Source: Eledone cirrhosa (Eukaryota). Taken from it: 64,000 nt of DNA. Under the pieces are notes generated by a model. The model saw only the letters and a program-made list of their open reading frames with translations. It was not told where the DNA came from and made no database searches. Shown piece after piece: positions 30,890-48,012 of the stretch. The stretch spans positions 10,354,001-10,418,000 of the forward strand of contig OZ024756.1 in NCBI GenBank assembly GCA_964016885.1, in the 5' to 3' direction. Position 1 is the stretch's first letter, and each line of letters starts with the position of its first letter. Made by a program: the position numbers and the translations under genes.

Positions 30890-33038
30890 CCTTGTCTGGC
30901 TTTCTGGAGAATAGAGGAAAGGTGTTTCCTCGAAAACCAGTATGACTCTAAAAACCGGTTTGTCTGTGTGTTTACATACAGAATAGCTGGACACTCACAG
31001 TAAAGTGTCCAGTGAAAAACTCGGTACATCTACATATGTACACGTGTGTGTATTCATATGCATACTAGTATTTCAGTATACATATGTGGATGTACATTTT
31101 TAATTTAATTGTTTAAGCGTCAGTCATACAAAAGTGAGTTACAAACGAAACGAAATTTAATTTCGTTTCGTTATTTGTTTTTATCGTCTCCGCTGAACCG
31201 GTACGTACTCACGCTCTATGCAAATTAGTCTGCCCACTACTAATTTTCATAGAAAAAGCATATAACGATATGTGCTTTTACGATTCTCTAGAAAGGCCGG
31301 AAGATAGGTAAATATTGCTGATGAGATGTAACAACATCGAAACTAGTCCAATATTCCTTGTCTGGCTTTCTGGAGAATAGAGGAAAGGTGTTTCCTCGAA
31401 AACCAGTATGACTCTAAAAACCGGTTTGTCTGTGTGTTTACATACAGAATAGCTGGACACTCACAGTAAAGTGTCCAGTGAAAAACTCGGTACATCTACA
31501 TATGTACACGTGTGTGTATTCATATGCATACTAGTATTTCAGTATACATATGTGGATGTACATTTTTAATTTAATTGTTTAAGCGTCAGTCATACAAAAG
31601 TGAGTTACAAACGAAACGAAATTTAATTTCGTTTCGTTATTTGTTTTTATCGTCTCCGCTGAACCGGTACGTACTCACGCTCTATGCAAATTAGTCTGCC
31701 CACTACTAATTTTCATAGAAAAAGCATATAACGATATGTGCTTTTACGATTCTCTAGAAAGGCCGGAAGATAGGTAAATATTGCTGATGAGATGTAACAA
31801 CATCGAAACTAGTCCAATATTCCTTGTCTGGCTTTCTGGAGAATAGAGGAAAGGTGTTTCCTCGAAAACCAGTATGACTCTAAAAACCGGTTTGTCTGTG
31901 TGTTTACATACAGAATAGCTGGACACTCACAGTAAAGTGTCCAGTGAAAAACTCGGTACATCTACATATGTACACGTGTGTGTATTCATATGCATACTAG
32001 TATTTCAGTATACATATGTGGATGTACATTTTTAATTTAATTGTTTAAGCGTCAGTCATACAAAAGTGAGTTACAAACGAAACGAAATTTAATTTCGTTT
32101 CGTTATTTGTTTTTATCGTCTCCGCTGAACCGGTACGTACTCACGCTCTATGCAAATTAGTCTGCCCACTACTAATTTTCATAGAAAAAGCATATAACGA
32201 TATGTGCTTTTACGATTCTCTAGAAAGGCCGGAAGATAGGTAAATATTGCTGATGAGATGTAACAACATCGAAACTAGTCCAATATTCCTTGTCTGGCTT
32301 TCTGGAGAATAGAGGAAAGGTGTTTCCTCGAAAACCAGTATGACTCTAAAAACCGGTTTGTCTGTGTGTTTACATACAGAATAGCTGGACACTCACAGTA
32401 AAGTGTCCAGTGAAAAACTCGGTACATCTACATATGTACACGTGTGTGTATTCATATGCATACTAGTATTTCAGTATACATATGTGGATGTACATTTTTA
32501 ATTTAATTGTTTAAGCGTCAGTCATACAAAAGTGAGTTACAAACGAAACGAAATTTAATTTCGTTTCGTTATTTGTTTTTATCGTCTCCGCTGAACCGGT
32601 ACGTACTCACGCTCTATGCAAATTAGTCTGCCCACTACTAATTTTCATAGAAAAAGCATATAACGATATGTGCTTTTACGATTCTCTAGAAAGGCCGGAA
32701 GATAGGTAAATATTGATGAGATGTAACAACATCGAAACTAGTCCAATATTCCTTGTCTGGCTTTCTGGAGAATAGAGGAAAGGTGTTTCCTCGAAAACCA
32801 GTATGACTCTAAAAACCGGTTTGTCTGTGTGTTTACATACAGAATAGCTGGACACTCACAGTAAAGTGTCCAGTGAAAAACTCGGTACATCTACATATGT
32901 ACACGTGTGTGTATTCATATGCATACTAGTATTTCAGTATACATATGTGGATGTACATTTTTAATTTAATTGTTTAAGCGTCAGTCATACAAAAGTGAGT
33001 TACAAACGAAACGAAATTTAATTTCGTTTCGTTATTTG

Positions 33039-35619
<2,581 letters not shown>

Positions 35620-35704
35620 ACTTTGAATAACTTTGAAATGTTTTGGCCAGTATTGGCCCAGGCCATGTCTAACTTAATAGCACCACCTGGCGAAGTCTTT
35701 CAAT

Positions 35705-38700
35705 TCAGGATTTGGGCACCATGGCCCATTCGAGAAGAGAATTACTGTTTGCGGAGACATATCCGGGTGTGGGTGGTTTGTCCGGGATTACTTGGAGGAA
35801 TTTGTCCAAAGACTTCTTGAATTTTGTGTGGTCAGTTTCTGTTTTGACGTGTCCTGGTGTGATGTTGAAGAGAGCAGGGCCGATTGAGGTGAAATAATTG
35901 TGCCGTATTGTTGTTATGAGTTGCGATTTAGATTTTTGAATGGGACGGATAGCACGGGGCCCAAGCCTTGGGTGTATCTTGAAGGCGATGCCAACATCAT
36001 TTGGGCAGTGATGATGGAATATTTTCCACATCATGCAGATAATATAACGCTCACGGCGACGTTGGAGTGAGTAAAGTTTCAGGTTTTCTAATCGACCCCA
36101 GTAGTCAAGGTCTGACATGCCATCTATCTTTTTCGTGATTGCCCTTTGAGGAGCTTCAAGTTTCATGATACTTTGTTTCGTGTGGGGAGACCACAGTGGA
36201 CAACAGTATTCAAGGTGTGGTCGGGCGAAAGTAGAGAAGAGAAGGATAATGGTGCGGGAATCTCTCGACTGGAAGGTTCTGAGGATCCAGGAACACATTC
36301 TGCGGGCCATGTCAATTTTGCTGCTTATATGCGTGGTCCAGCTTATGTTGCTGTCCGCGGTTACTCCCAAGTCTCTGATGTTGTTAGATGCCACGAGAGT
36401 TTTCCCGGAGGGAAGGGAGTACGGGAGTTTCAGAGCATCCTCTTTTCCAAAGTGGATCAGTTCGAATTTGTCTTCGTTCAGTAACATGTTGTTCTTTTCT
36501 GCCCATTGGGTAACAACCAGTAGGTCTGACTGAAGGCTGATCCGGTCATCCACGCCATTGATGACCTTTTGGAGCTTGGAATCATCAGCGAAAATTTTAA
36601 TGTTGCTGTGTTTGATGATGTCAGTGATGTCATTAATATAGATGATGAAGAGAAGTGGGCCCAACACAGTGCCTTGTGGGACCCCACTACTGACTTTGGC
36701 TGGGCTTGATTTGACTCCCTCAACTACAACATGTTGGGTTCTGTTTGACAGGAAGCTCTTGATCCACTGCAGCAGCTTTCCAGTGACACCAATATTGGAC
36801 AGCTTTCTCAGTAGAATGTTATGATCAACCCTGTCAAAGGCCTTGCTGAAATCAAGGTAGATAACATCAGTGTTGGAACCCTCTCCCAAGGCTCTCAAAA
36901 TGTCATCAAAGTGATGCAGTAGCTGCGTCAGGCAATCCCTTCCATTACGGAATCCATGCTGGTTGGAGTTCAGCATATTGTTACTCTCAAGGAAGTGGGT
37001 CATTCGCGATCTCACCACTCGCTCAAATACCTTAATGATATGAGAGGTGAGTGAGATTGGACGGTAATTCACGGCAAGGGATTTGTTTCCCTTTTTGAAA
37101 ACTGGGACAACAGACTGGGATAGAAGGTTTTCTGTCACATATCCAGCATCCAGTGAGTTCCGCCACAGATTGGCAAGAGGAGATGCAAGTTGGTGTTGAC
37201 ACGCCTTCAAGACACAAGCAGGGAACCTATCGGGACCTACTGCTGAATTATGCTTGATTTCCTTTATTGCCGCCAAGACATCAGGGGCGCCAAACGTTAT
37301 GTCCGATAAGGTGTAATGGGGAGTAACATCGCCGATACAGCCCAGATCGGCCATATCAGGATTGCTGAAAACAGAGCAGTATTGTTTCTGCAGTATCTCA
37401 CCCATGGTTTTAGCATTGTCTTGAAGAGTGCCATTTTCATCAATTAGAGGGCCAACAGTAGAGCCAGTGATTTTGTGTTTTTTTGCAAATGAAAAGAACA
37501 CTTTGGGATTGAGTTTGATCTTCTCAATGGCCCAGGCCTCCTCAGCTCTTCTCTGATTATTGATGAGGGACATTATGTTGTTTTGGAGGTTATGTTTTTT
37601 AATCTCTAGTGATGAAATGGCAGTTAAGTTGATGTGTTGCTGCTGACAGTATTTCAGCTTGTTGATATTTTTGTTCGTTCTCTTAATTTTTCTGATGAGC
37701 GTTTTTCTATTTCTAGGGATTCTGCTCTTAGATTTGTTTATAGTTCTTAATGGGGTGTGTTTAGCACATATGTTTGTAACAGTGTCCACAAATGTCTGCC
37801 AGGACTTTTTGATGTTAGTGGGTGTATGAGTGTGCGTGAAGGACCAGTCGACATGTGCAAGATCATGACTGATCGCTTCCCAGTTTGCATTGTGGAAATC
37901 CATAGCGTCAAACGGATGGACAGGAGAGATGACATTGGGTTTGTATATTGGACGGTGGAATCTCAGATCACAGAGAACCATGTCATGATCAGAGAGTAGA
38001 GTTTTCTCCACTGCAATATTGTGGATATTGTCAGTGTGATTGCTGAAAATTAAGTCTAGGACGTTTTTGTGGCACCTCGTTGGTTCGAGCACCAGTTGGG
38101 ATAGGAAGAAATCATCCATGAAGTCAAGAAGCGATTCCACAGCTTCCCTGTCAGAGGTTGAGGCAGAAGAACCTGGTGGCAGGCTGTTTGTAGACCAGTC
38201 AACTCCGGGGAGGTTGAAGTCCCCCATCATTAAGATGTTGTCAGGGTGACACTCTTGGATGAAGCACTTTATGCTGTTGAGGCATTCCTTGAAGCATGGT
38301 ACAGGCGTTTGGGGTGGCCTATAGAGCCCAACTACTAATAGGTTGTTGGTTTGACTGAATACAGTGACTGCTTCACAGTATCCATTAGTGAATATGTTCA
38401 TAGCCTCTGTTGAGAAAGAATTATGGACATAAATGGCAGTTCCGCCCTTTCTTCTGCCAGCGCGATCAGCGCGGATGGCTTTGAAATTTTTCACTTTCAC
38501 CTCGGCTTCCAAGTGGAGGTTACTGAGATGGGTTTCAGTGAGGACGAAGAAAGGGATGTGGTTTGGATGGACATCAATCCAGTCCTCCAGGAATTTGATC
38601 TTCCATTTTTGAGTATTGGTTGAAGGGCTGATGCCTTGGGCGTTAAGCAAAAATGTAGAGGCGAGAGTGGATGGTTTTAATTGTTTTGGTGTGTTGTTAA

Positions 38701-38725
38701 TTTGTTTGTTTGTTAATGGCAGCAA
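35705..38725 (-). CDS. LINE ORF2: APE endonuclease + reverse transcriptase (1006 aa)
   Basis: APE: LTETHL, GGTAIY, YRPP, MGDFN, LDLIF, SDH; RT: [30 protein letters not shown]. Confidence 0.95.
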   Translation of the reverse strand: MLPLTNKQINNTPKQLKPSTLASTFLLNAQGISPSTNTQKWKIKFLEDWIDVHPNHIPFFVLTETHLSNLHLEAEVKVKNFKAIRADRAGRRKGGTAIYVHNSFSTEAMNIFTNGYCEAVTVFSQTNNLLVVGLYRPPQTPVPCFKECLNSIKCFIQECHPDNILMMGDFNLPGVDWSTNSLPPGSSASTSDREAVESLLDFMDDFFLSQLVLEPTRCHKNVLDLIFSNHTDNIHNIAVEKTLLSDHDMVLCDLRFHRPIYKPNVISPVHPFDAMDFHNANWEAISHDLAHVDWSFTHTHTPTNIKKSWQTFVDTVTNICAKHTPLRTINKSKSRIPRNRKTLIRKIKRTNKNINKLKYCQQQHINLTAISSLEIKKHNLQNNIMSLINNQRRAEEAWAIEKIKLNPKVFFSFAKKHKITGSTVGPLIDENGTLQDNAKTMGEILQKQYCSVFSNPDMADLGCIGDVTPHYTLSDITFGAPDVLAAIKEIKHNSAVGPDRFPACVLKACQHQLASPLANLWRNSLDAGYVTENLLSQSVVPVFKKGNKSLAVNYRPISLTSHIIKVFERVVRSRMTHFLESNNMLNSNQHGFRNGRDCLTQLLHHFDDILRALGEGSNTDVIYLDFSKAFDRVDHNILLRKLSNIGVTGKLLQWIKSFLSNRTQHVVVEGVKSSPAKVSSGVPQGTVLGPLLFIIYINDITDIIKHSNIKIFADDSKLQKVINGVDDRISLQSDLLVVTQWAEKNNMLLNEDKFELIHFGKEDALKLPYSLPSGKTLVASNNIRDLGVTADSNISWTTHISSKIDMARRMCSWILRTFQSRDSRTIILLFSTFARPHLEYCCPLWSPHTKQSIMKLEAPQRAITKKIDGMSDLDYWGRLENLKLYSLQRRRERYIICMMWKIFHHHCPNDVGIAFKIHPRLGPRAIRPIQKSKSQLITTIRHNYFTSIGPALFNITPGHVKTETDHTKFKKSLDKFLQVIPDKPPTPGYVSANSNSLLEWAMVPKS

Positions 38726-39285
38726 TGGGAGTTTGTGCAGTGGGGTGATAGTGGAGGGTGGTGCTGGGTGATAGCTCGAATGTTTTTTTCCAGTACTTTT
38801 GCCAGATTCATTATGGCTAAAAAAGAGGAAGAAGTTTCCTGTTTAGAAGACTGTTGGTGACTGTGGTAGCGGTTATTTTTATGTAGGTTATGGTTTTTGT
38901 TTTTGTTTTTATTTTTAATTTTATTTTCATTTGTCCGACGGGTCCCCGGGAGATGGGTAAAGGGACAATCCCGGTCTAAACACAATCTGTCTCGCAGGGA
39001 AAAGCGGCAGATTTGTGGATTCCTTGTTTGAGTTATTGGTGGTTGTGTTGGTGTTAAATTAGAGTATGTGTTATGGTGGTGGCTGTTTGTGGGGATAGAT
39101 CGTTTTGTCCTAGGTAAATGGGTGAATTTGCAGCCACTATCCGTACATATTCTATAGCGTAGAGAGTAGCGGCAAATGATGGGGTTTCGAGTGGGTGGGT
39201 ATGTGGGTGTGTGTGTTGTGAGAGGTGTAGATGATGGTTTGGGTAGGATTTGACGACCTTTGTGGACTGTGGGAGGGAGAGTTCT
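38713..39285 (-). CDS. LINE ORF1 C-terminal part with two CCCH zinc fingers (5'-truncated)
   Basis: Frame is open upstream of the listed ORF: [19 protein letters not shown] and [19 protein letters not shown] (C-X8-C-X4-C-X3-H). Confidence 0.75.
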   Translation of the reverse strand, partial: RTLPPTVHKGRQILPKPSSTPLTTHTPTYPPTRNPIICRYSLRYRICTDSGCKFTHLPRTKRSIPTNSHHHNTYSNLTPTQPPITQTRNPQICRFSLRDRLCLDRDCPFTHLPGTRRTNENKIKNKNKNKNHNLHKNNRYHSHQQSSKQETSSSFLAIMNLAKVLEKNIRAITQHHPPLSPHCTNSHCCH

Positions 39286-41810
<2,525 letters not shown>

Positions 41811-42153
41811 GGAGGCACATGGCTTAGTGGTTAGAGCATTGGCCTTGCAATCGAAAGGTTGTGAGTTCAATTCTCAGACCGGGTGATGTGTTGTTTCCTT
41901 GAGCAAGACACTTTATTTCACATTGCTCCAGTTTACTCAGCTGTAGAAATGAGATGATAGGGACTGGGGTCCCTATCATTCTACTGCAAAGTGGTCGTGG
42001 AGGTGCCACGGAAAAAAAGCACCCAGCACTCACTGTAAATGAGGTTAGCGTTAGGAAGGGCTTCCAGCTGTAGAAATCAAGCCAGAATCAGTTCCCGTCC
42101 CACCCTTGCAAGCAGGGAAAAGCGGACGTAAAATGAAATGATGATGATGATGA
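41811..42153 (+). mobile_element. Full-length tRNA-derived SINE with RTE-like tail
   Basis: A box TGGCTTAGTGG, B box GAGTTCAATTC, body TCCTTGAGCAAGACACTT, 3' part shared with RTE 3' ends, (ATG)n tail. Confidence 0.93.
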
Positions 42154-42220
<67 letters not shown>

Positions 42221-42221
42221 G

Positions 42222-42268
<47 letters not shown>

Positions 42269-42283
42269 GTATATATATATAAG

Positions 42284-42314
<31 letters not shown>

Positions 42315-42433
42315 GTATATATATATAAGTATATATATATATATGTATATATATATATGTATATATATGTATATATATATATATATATATAAGTATATAT
42401 ATATATATGTATATATATATATGTATATATATG

Positions 42434-42466
<33 letters not shown>

Positions 42467-42471
42467 GTATA

Positions 42472-42926
<455 letters not shown>

Positions 42927-42943
42927 ATATATATATATGTATG

Positions 42944-43010
<67 letters not shown>

Positions 43011-43023
43011 GTATATATATATG

Positions 43024-43141
<118 letters not shown>

Positions 43142-43206
43142 TACATATATATATAATAATATTAACTCAAAGAAGAATAGAGAATTTTCTTCTGAGCTCA
43201 AATGCA

Positions 43207-43722
43207 AATATATTACACAAATAAAAGTGTGTTACACAGTGAGATGTGTGTAAAGAACTATTACAAGTGAGTTTCACCGTTACTGTATAGAGAACAATAT
43301 CTATAGGTTTATTAATTAAATAGAAATAAACCAAGTCAGAATCAAATCTCTGAAGTAGAGTTTTAAATTACCAACCTTATAACTATAAGTTTGCTGATAC
43401 GAATCTACAGGTTTAGCAATTAAATCTATCCATGAGGTTAGATGTGTCGTGAACAGCATCCACATTTGCTGACTGAGGATCCTGTGGACTGTTAAATTGC
43501 ACATGTCTGTGGTAAAACGAACGAGATTCGTATCAGCAAACTTATAGTTATAACTTATAATTTAAAACTCTACTTCAGAGATTTGATTCTGACTTGTTTT
43601 TTTTCTATTTAATTGGTAAACCTGTAGATATTGTTCTCTATACAGTAACGGTGAAACTCACTTGTAATAGTTCTTTACACACATCTCACTGTGTAACACA
43701 CTTCTCTTTGTGTAATATATTT
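43207..43722. repeat. ~200-bp inverted repeat pair, probable pLTR fragment
   Basis: 43207-43406 versus 43524-43722, imperfect reverse complement. Confidence 0.7.
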
Positions 43723-43748
43723 ATATATGTGTATATATATATATATAT

Positions 43749-44560
43749 ATATCAAAGGTATATGTTGAGTTAGAAACTCAAAATAGTCTCTTACAATAAA
43801 ATAGCTCTAAGAAAGAGATATTTCCGAGCCGTATATATAATTGAATATAAAAGAAAAACGAACTCAGACATATACATATATGTGTTCAAATCGTAAGGGA
43901 CCAGATTCGCTAAAGTGAAAAGAATACTAACTATAGACAATAGGGTTTGCCTGTCTCAATTTAATAAAAAATCAAGAAAATAAATACAAACCGATTTGAA
44001 CACATATATGTATATATCTGTGTTCATTTTTCTTTTATATTCAATTATAATATACGGCTCGGAAATATCTCTTTCTTAGAGCTATTTTATTGTAAGAGAC
44101 TATTTTGAGTTTCTAACTCAATATATACCTTTGATATATTCGGCTCCGTTAATTTGTTGAGCTATTTCAAATGTCGAGTAAACCTGGCTGCTATTTTTAG
44201 TGGTGTAAGTTTGTGAGACATGCTAAGATACCATGTGCGCTATTATATATAGCACACTATTCAGTTACTTAATATACTTAGAAGTGTCTAGGATACTAAT
44301 TCATCAGCCACTGATGAGCAAGAATTGGTATTTCTATTCACAATTAATATTGCGAAACAACACCAAGACCTGTCTGGGTGATTGGTAGTTACCACAATTC
44401 CGATTTGATTTATTTTCTTGATTTTTTCTTAAATTGAGACAGGCAAACCCTATTGTCTATAGTTAGGATTCTTTTCACCTTAGCGAATCTGGTCCCTTGC
44501 GATTTGAACACATATATGTATGTGTCTGTGTTTGTTTATCTTTTATATTCAATTATAATT
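43749..44560. mobile_element. Inverted/partially tandem pLTR-like unit with HHR
   Basis: 43749-43893 inverts to 43992-44137; 43878-43985 inverts to 44407-44517. Confidence 0.7.
44303..44382 (+). ncRNA. Type I hammerhead ribozyme
   Basis: ATCAGCCA CTGATGA GCAA...TTGC GAAA CA ACACCAAGACC TG TC TGGGTGAT; GUC site, one stem I mismatch. Confidence 0.75.
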
Positions 44561-44589
44561 ATATATATATCATCATCATCATCATCATC

Positions 44590-45704
44590 TTCAACTGCGC
44601 AGAGGGTTCTATAGAAATAGTGGACAGCTTCCGTTATCTGGGTGACAAAATCAGCAGTGGGGGAGGGTGCTCTGAAAGTACAGTAGCTAGAGTCAGAACT
44701 GGATGGAAAAAGTTCAGAGAGCTTATACCACTATTAGCCGCTAGAGGGTTCTCCCTAAAAATGAAAGGCAGGTTATACGATGCCTGCATACGAACAGCAA
44801 TGCTGCATGGCAGTGAGACCTGGGCATTGTGTGCAGAGGATATACGCAGACTAGAGAGGAACGAAGCTTGCATGCTCCGCTGGATGTGCAATAGTAATAT
44901 ACGTGAACGGCAAAGCATAAACGAACTAAGGAAAAAATTAGAAATAAGAGGGATCAGATGTTGTTTACTCGAGAGAAGGCTACGTTGGTACGGTCACGTG
45001 ATGCGCATGAAAGACGACAGCTGTATAACAAAGTGCAGGGCAATAAAGATAGACGGTAGCCACGGAGTAGGCAGACCCAGAAAAACATGGGACGAGCTGA
45101 TAAATTCCGACCTCACACGCTTACACCTCTCCAAGACAATGTCACTGGACCGAGACCTTTGGCGGTACTCAGTAATAGAGAAGACCCGCCTTACCTAAAT
45201 ACAAAGTAAAAACCTACTACAGTCAGTAGGCATCTCTATCAAAACACACCCCCGTCCCTCCACCCCACCCACACCGCCCCTTTCAATGTAAAGTTATGTT
45301 GGTCCCACAACATCCAGGCCGAAACAAATGAGATCGTGTAGGTGTCACGACAAAAAACACACAGTCCACGCTGTAAATGTGGCCGTGTAGGCAACACGGT
45401 AAAAACCTCCCAGCCCCACACTGTAAATGTGGTTGGTGTTAGGAAGGGCATCCAGCTGTAGAAAACCCGCCAGACAGTCCACGCTGTAATGTGGCCGTGT
45501 AGGCAACACGGTAAAAACCTCCCAGCCCCACACTGTAAATGTGGTTGGTGTTAGGAAGGGCATCCAACTGTAGAAAACCCGCCAGACAGTCCTATGCGAG
45601 CAAGACAACCACTCTTGCCTCAAGTGGGAAAACCCCCGTCCAAACCCATGCAAGCGTGGAACACGGACGCTAAACCTGATGATGATGATGATGATGATGA
45701 TGAT
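44590..45704 (+). mobile_element. RTE LINE 3' fragment with duplicated 3' UTR segment
   Basis: ORF to 45198 (FRYLG, RLRWYGHV, GRPRKTW); ~120-bp tandem duplication at 45361-45591; (GAT)n tail. Confidence 0.92.
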
Positions 45705-46264
45705 ATATATAGAGAGAGAGAGAGAGAAGAGTAGACACAAAATGACAAACAGCCAGAATCAGTATTTAATTTATGGACCTCAAAATATAGAAGCAACTTT
45801 ACCTCAGTGGGATTTTTACTCTGAGAGCTAGAACAGACACTGAAAATATATCCAGATGTGCACACATCTATATAAGAACACATATAAATATACACATACG
45901 TACACACAGATACAGATATTTATACACACGTAATTATACATACTCACATATAGATATACATATACACAAATTAATATACAATCATTTTTCGCATGTAGAG
46001 CGTACTTCATCTTTATACTGTATATGTGTGTGTGTGTATATTTATGAATGTATGTATGTACGTATTTGTATGAGTGGCCGTATGTATGTATGTGTATGTT
46101 TGTGTGTACATGCGTTTATATGTATGTGTATACGCATGTATATGCGTATTTGTATGTGTGTATATATATATGGATATGTGTGTGTATGTATTTATTTATA
46201 TATATATAAATTAATAAAAAACAATGAAATAAAAACAAAGAACAAGTTCCTTATATTAAAAAAT

Positions 46265-46400
46265 TCATCATTTTACGATCGTTTCTAGGATGTATATGTT
46301 ATTTGGTATGTATATCATATAGATCTATGTAAAAATATTACAAACTATCAGAGGAAATATACATACCTTCACATATATATGCTGTCTTCAGAAATGATGA
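46265..46400 (-). ncRNA. Long-stem-II hammerhead, diverged copy within a pLTR fragment (~46210-46760)
   Basis: Minus strand: TCATCATTT CTGAAGA CAGCATAT...CATCCTA GAAA CGATCG TA AAATGATGA. Confidence 0.78.
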
Positions 46401-46810
46401 GATTTTTTTTATTGAAAAAAAGAAACCAACAAAGATTTAATATAAAAGGTCTGTTTGGGAACAGGTTTTGAATTGACCAATAGAAAAGTAGTTAGAGGTC
46501 AAGTTGATAGAATAGTGGTAGTAGAAATTTAATTTAGGGGTAGAGGAGTGCAGACTTATGTTTTCAATGAAAAGAATACTTTGGGGATGAAAAGAGGTCA
46601 AGCCAGTGAAGGGTACACGAAAATTTGATGTTATTAAAGATTAATGTTAAAAACGAAGGAAAATAAAATTTTAGATCTATAACAAGAAATTAAATTAATT
46701 GATAGGTATACTTATAGGGATAAATTTATATGAATGTGATATATATATATATATTGTTTGTAAATTCTGTACCATACAGTTTTGTCAGCACAAGTCTTGG
46801 CTACAACTTC

Positions 46811-47142
46811 TCATCATTTCATTTTCATTTCATTTTACGTCTGCTTTTTCCCTGCTTGCAAGGGTGGGACGGGAACTGATTTTGGCTTGATGCCCTTCCT
46901 AACACCAACCTCATTTACAGTGAGTGCTGGGTGCTTTTTTGCCGTGGCACCTCCACGAGCACTTTGCAGTGGAATGATATGGACCCCAGTCCCTATCATC
47001 TCATTTCTACAGCTGAGTAAACTGGAGCAATGTGAAATAAAGTGTCTTGCTCAAGGAAACAACACATCACCCGGTCTGAGAATTGAACTCACAACCTTTC
47101 GATTGCAAGGCCAATGCTCTAACCACTAAGCCATGTGCCTCC
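46811..47142 (-). mobile_element. tRNA-derived SINE
   Basis: Same family as 41811-42153. Confidence 0.92.
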
Positions 47143-47275
47143 TTCTACAAATAAAATTAAAGGAGAATAATTTCAGAATAAACAAGCTTTATTCAAAATA
47201 TTAACAACATTGGTGGCACTATTTTGGGTGAGTGATATGGTTTTTATCTTGTCTGAATTTGTTCTGTTTCATTAA

Positions 47276-47486
47276 CCCTTTAGCATTCAAACCGGCCGTA
47301 TCTGGCCAGAAATGTCTCACCTCTTTCTGTTCAAACTGGCCATTAATACTGATGTTGAGGTATTATTATGAAAATAAATAACATCAAAATCTCATAGATT
47401 CGATATTATGTGAGATGATTATATAAGATAAAATGTTTACTACAAAAATACAATAGTATATATAGAGTAATGTGAATGCTAAAGGG
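47276..47486. mobile_element. piggyBac-type MITE
   Basis: TTAA|CCCTTTAGCATTCA...TGAATGCTAAAGGG|TTAA: 14-bp TIRs and TTAA target duplication. Confidence 0.85.
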
Positions 47487-47494
47487 TTAAGTAA

Positions 47495-48012
47495 CCTTTA
47501 CAAGAGAATGATTTACCACAGACATCACAGTGATATGGTTCCTCTCCTGTATATGTTAGTATGTAGTAAAGCCACAACATTTAGAGAATGATTTACCACA
47601 GACATCACAGTGATGTGGTTCCTTTTCTGTAATGTTAGTGTGTAGTGAAGCCACAATATTTAGAGTATGATTTACCCGAGACATGACAGTGATATGGTGC
47701 TTTTCCTGTAAATGTTAGTGCCGCGTGAAGCGAGTTATTTCAGAGAACGAGTTCCCACAGATATCACAGTGATATGGTTCCTCTCCTGTATGTATATTTT
47801 CTGTCTAGTTCAGCGAGCTTTCATGAATAATAATTTACACGAATATTACAGCTGTATAGTTTCTCTCCAGTATATATATGTTTATATGTAGTTAATGTAG
47901 CAATGAATGAGAATAATTTCTCCCCAATATCACAGTGGTGTGTCTACTCACTCATATGAGTGTATTTGTGTTTAATTAATTCACCATAGTGAGATAATGA
48001 GATATGACTTTG
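47495..48012 (-). pseudogene. Decayed C2H2 finger repeats downstream of the zinc-finger stop codon
   Basis: ~80-84 bp units resembling AGAGAATGATTTACCACAGACATCACAGTGATATGG with indels and stops. Confidence 0.75.

Larger units (their letters stand above)
28207..33042. repeat. 466-bp tandem array (~10 units) with central inversion and one HHR per unit; retrozyme-like
   Basis: Exact 466 period (28323, 28789, 29255, 29721, 30187); orientation flips at ~30456; flanked by (TA)n. Confidence 0.93.
35619..39285 (-). mobile_element. CR1-group LINE with intact ORF2 and 3' part of ORF1
   Basis: Short 3' tail (TTCAAAGTTA)-like repeat; both ends in (TA)n. Confidence 0.93.

Noticed and set aside
28323-32392. 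Repeated 60-aa ORF MSSYSVCKH... in the 466-bp array
   Set aside because: Non-ATG start, no recognisable domain, antisense to the ribozyme; identity reflects the DNA repeat
28207-33042. Possible CRISPR-like array
   Set aside because: Whole units are identical with no unique spacers; eukaryotic context and no cas genes
41811-41885. tRNA gene
   Set aside because: A/B boxes belong to a SINE head followed by SINE body and tail; no convincing acceptor stem
43470-43670. CTGAGGA...GAAAC hammerhead candidate in the inverted repeat
   Set aside because: No convincing stem I or stem II pairing
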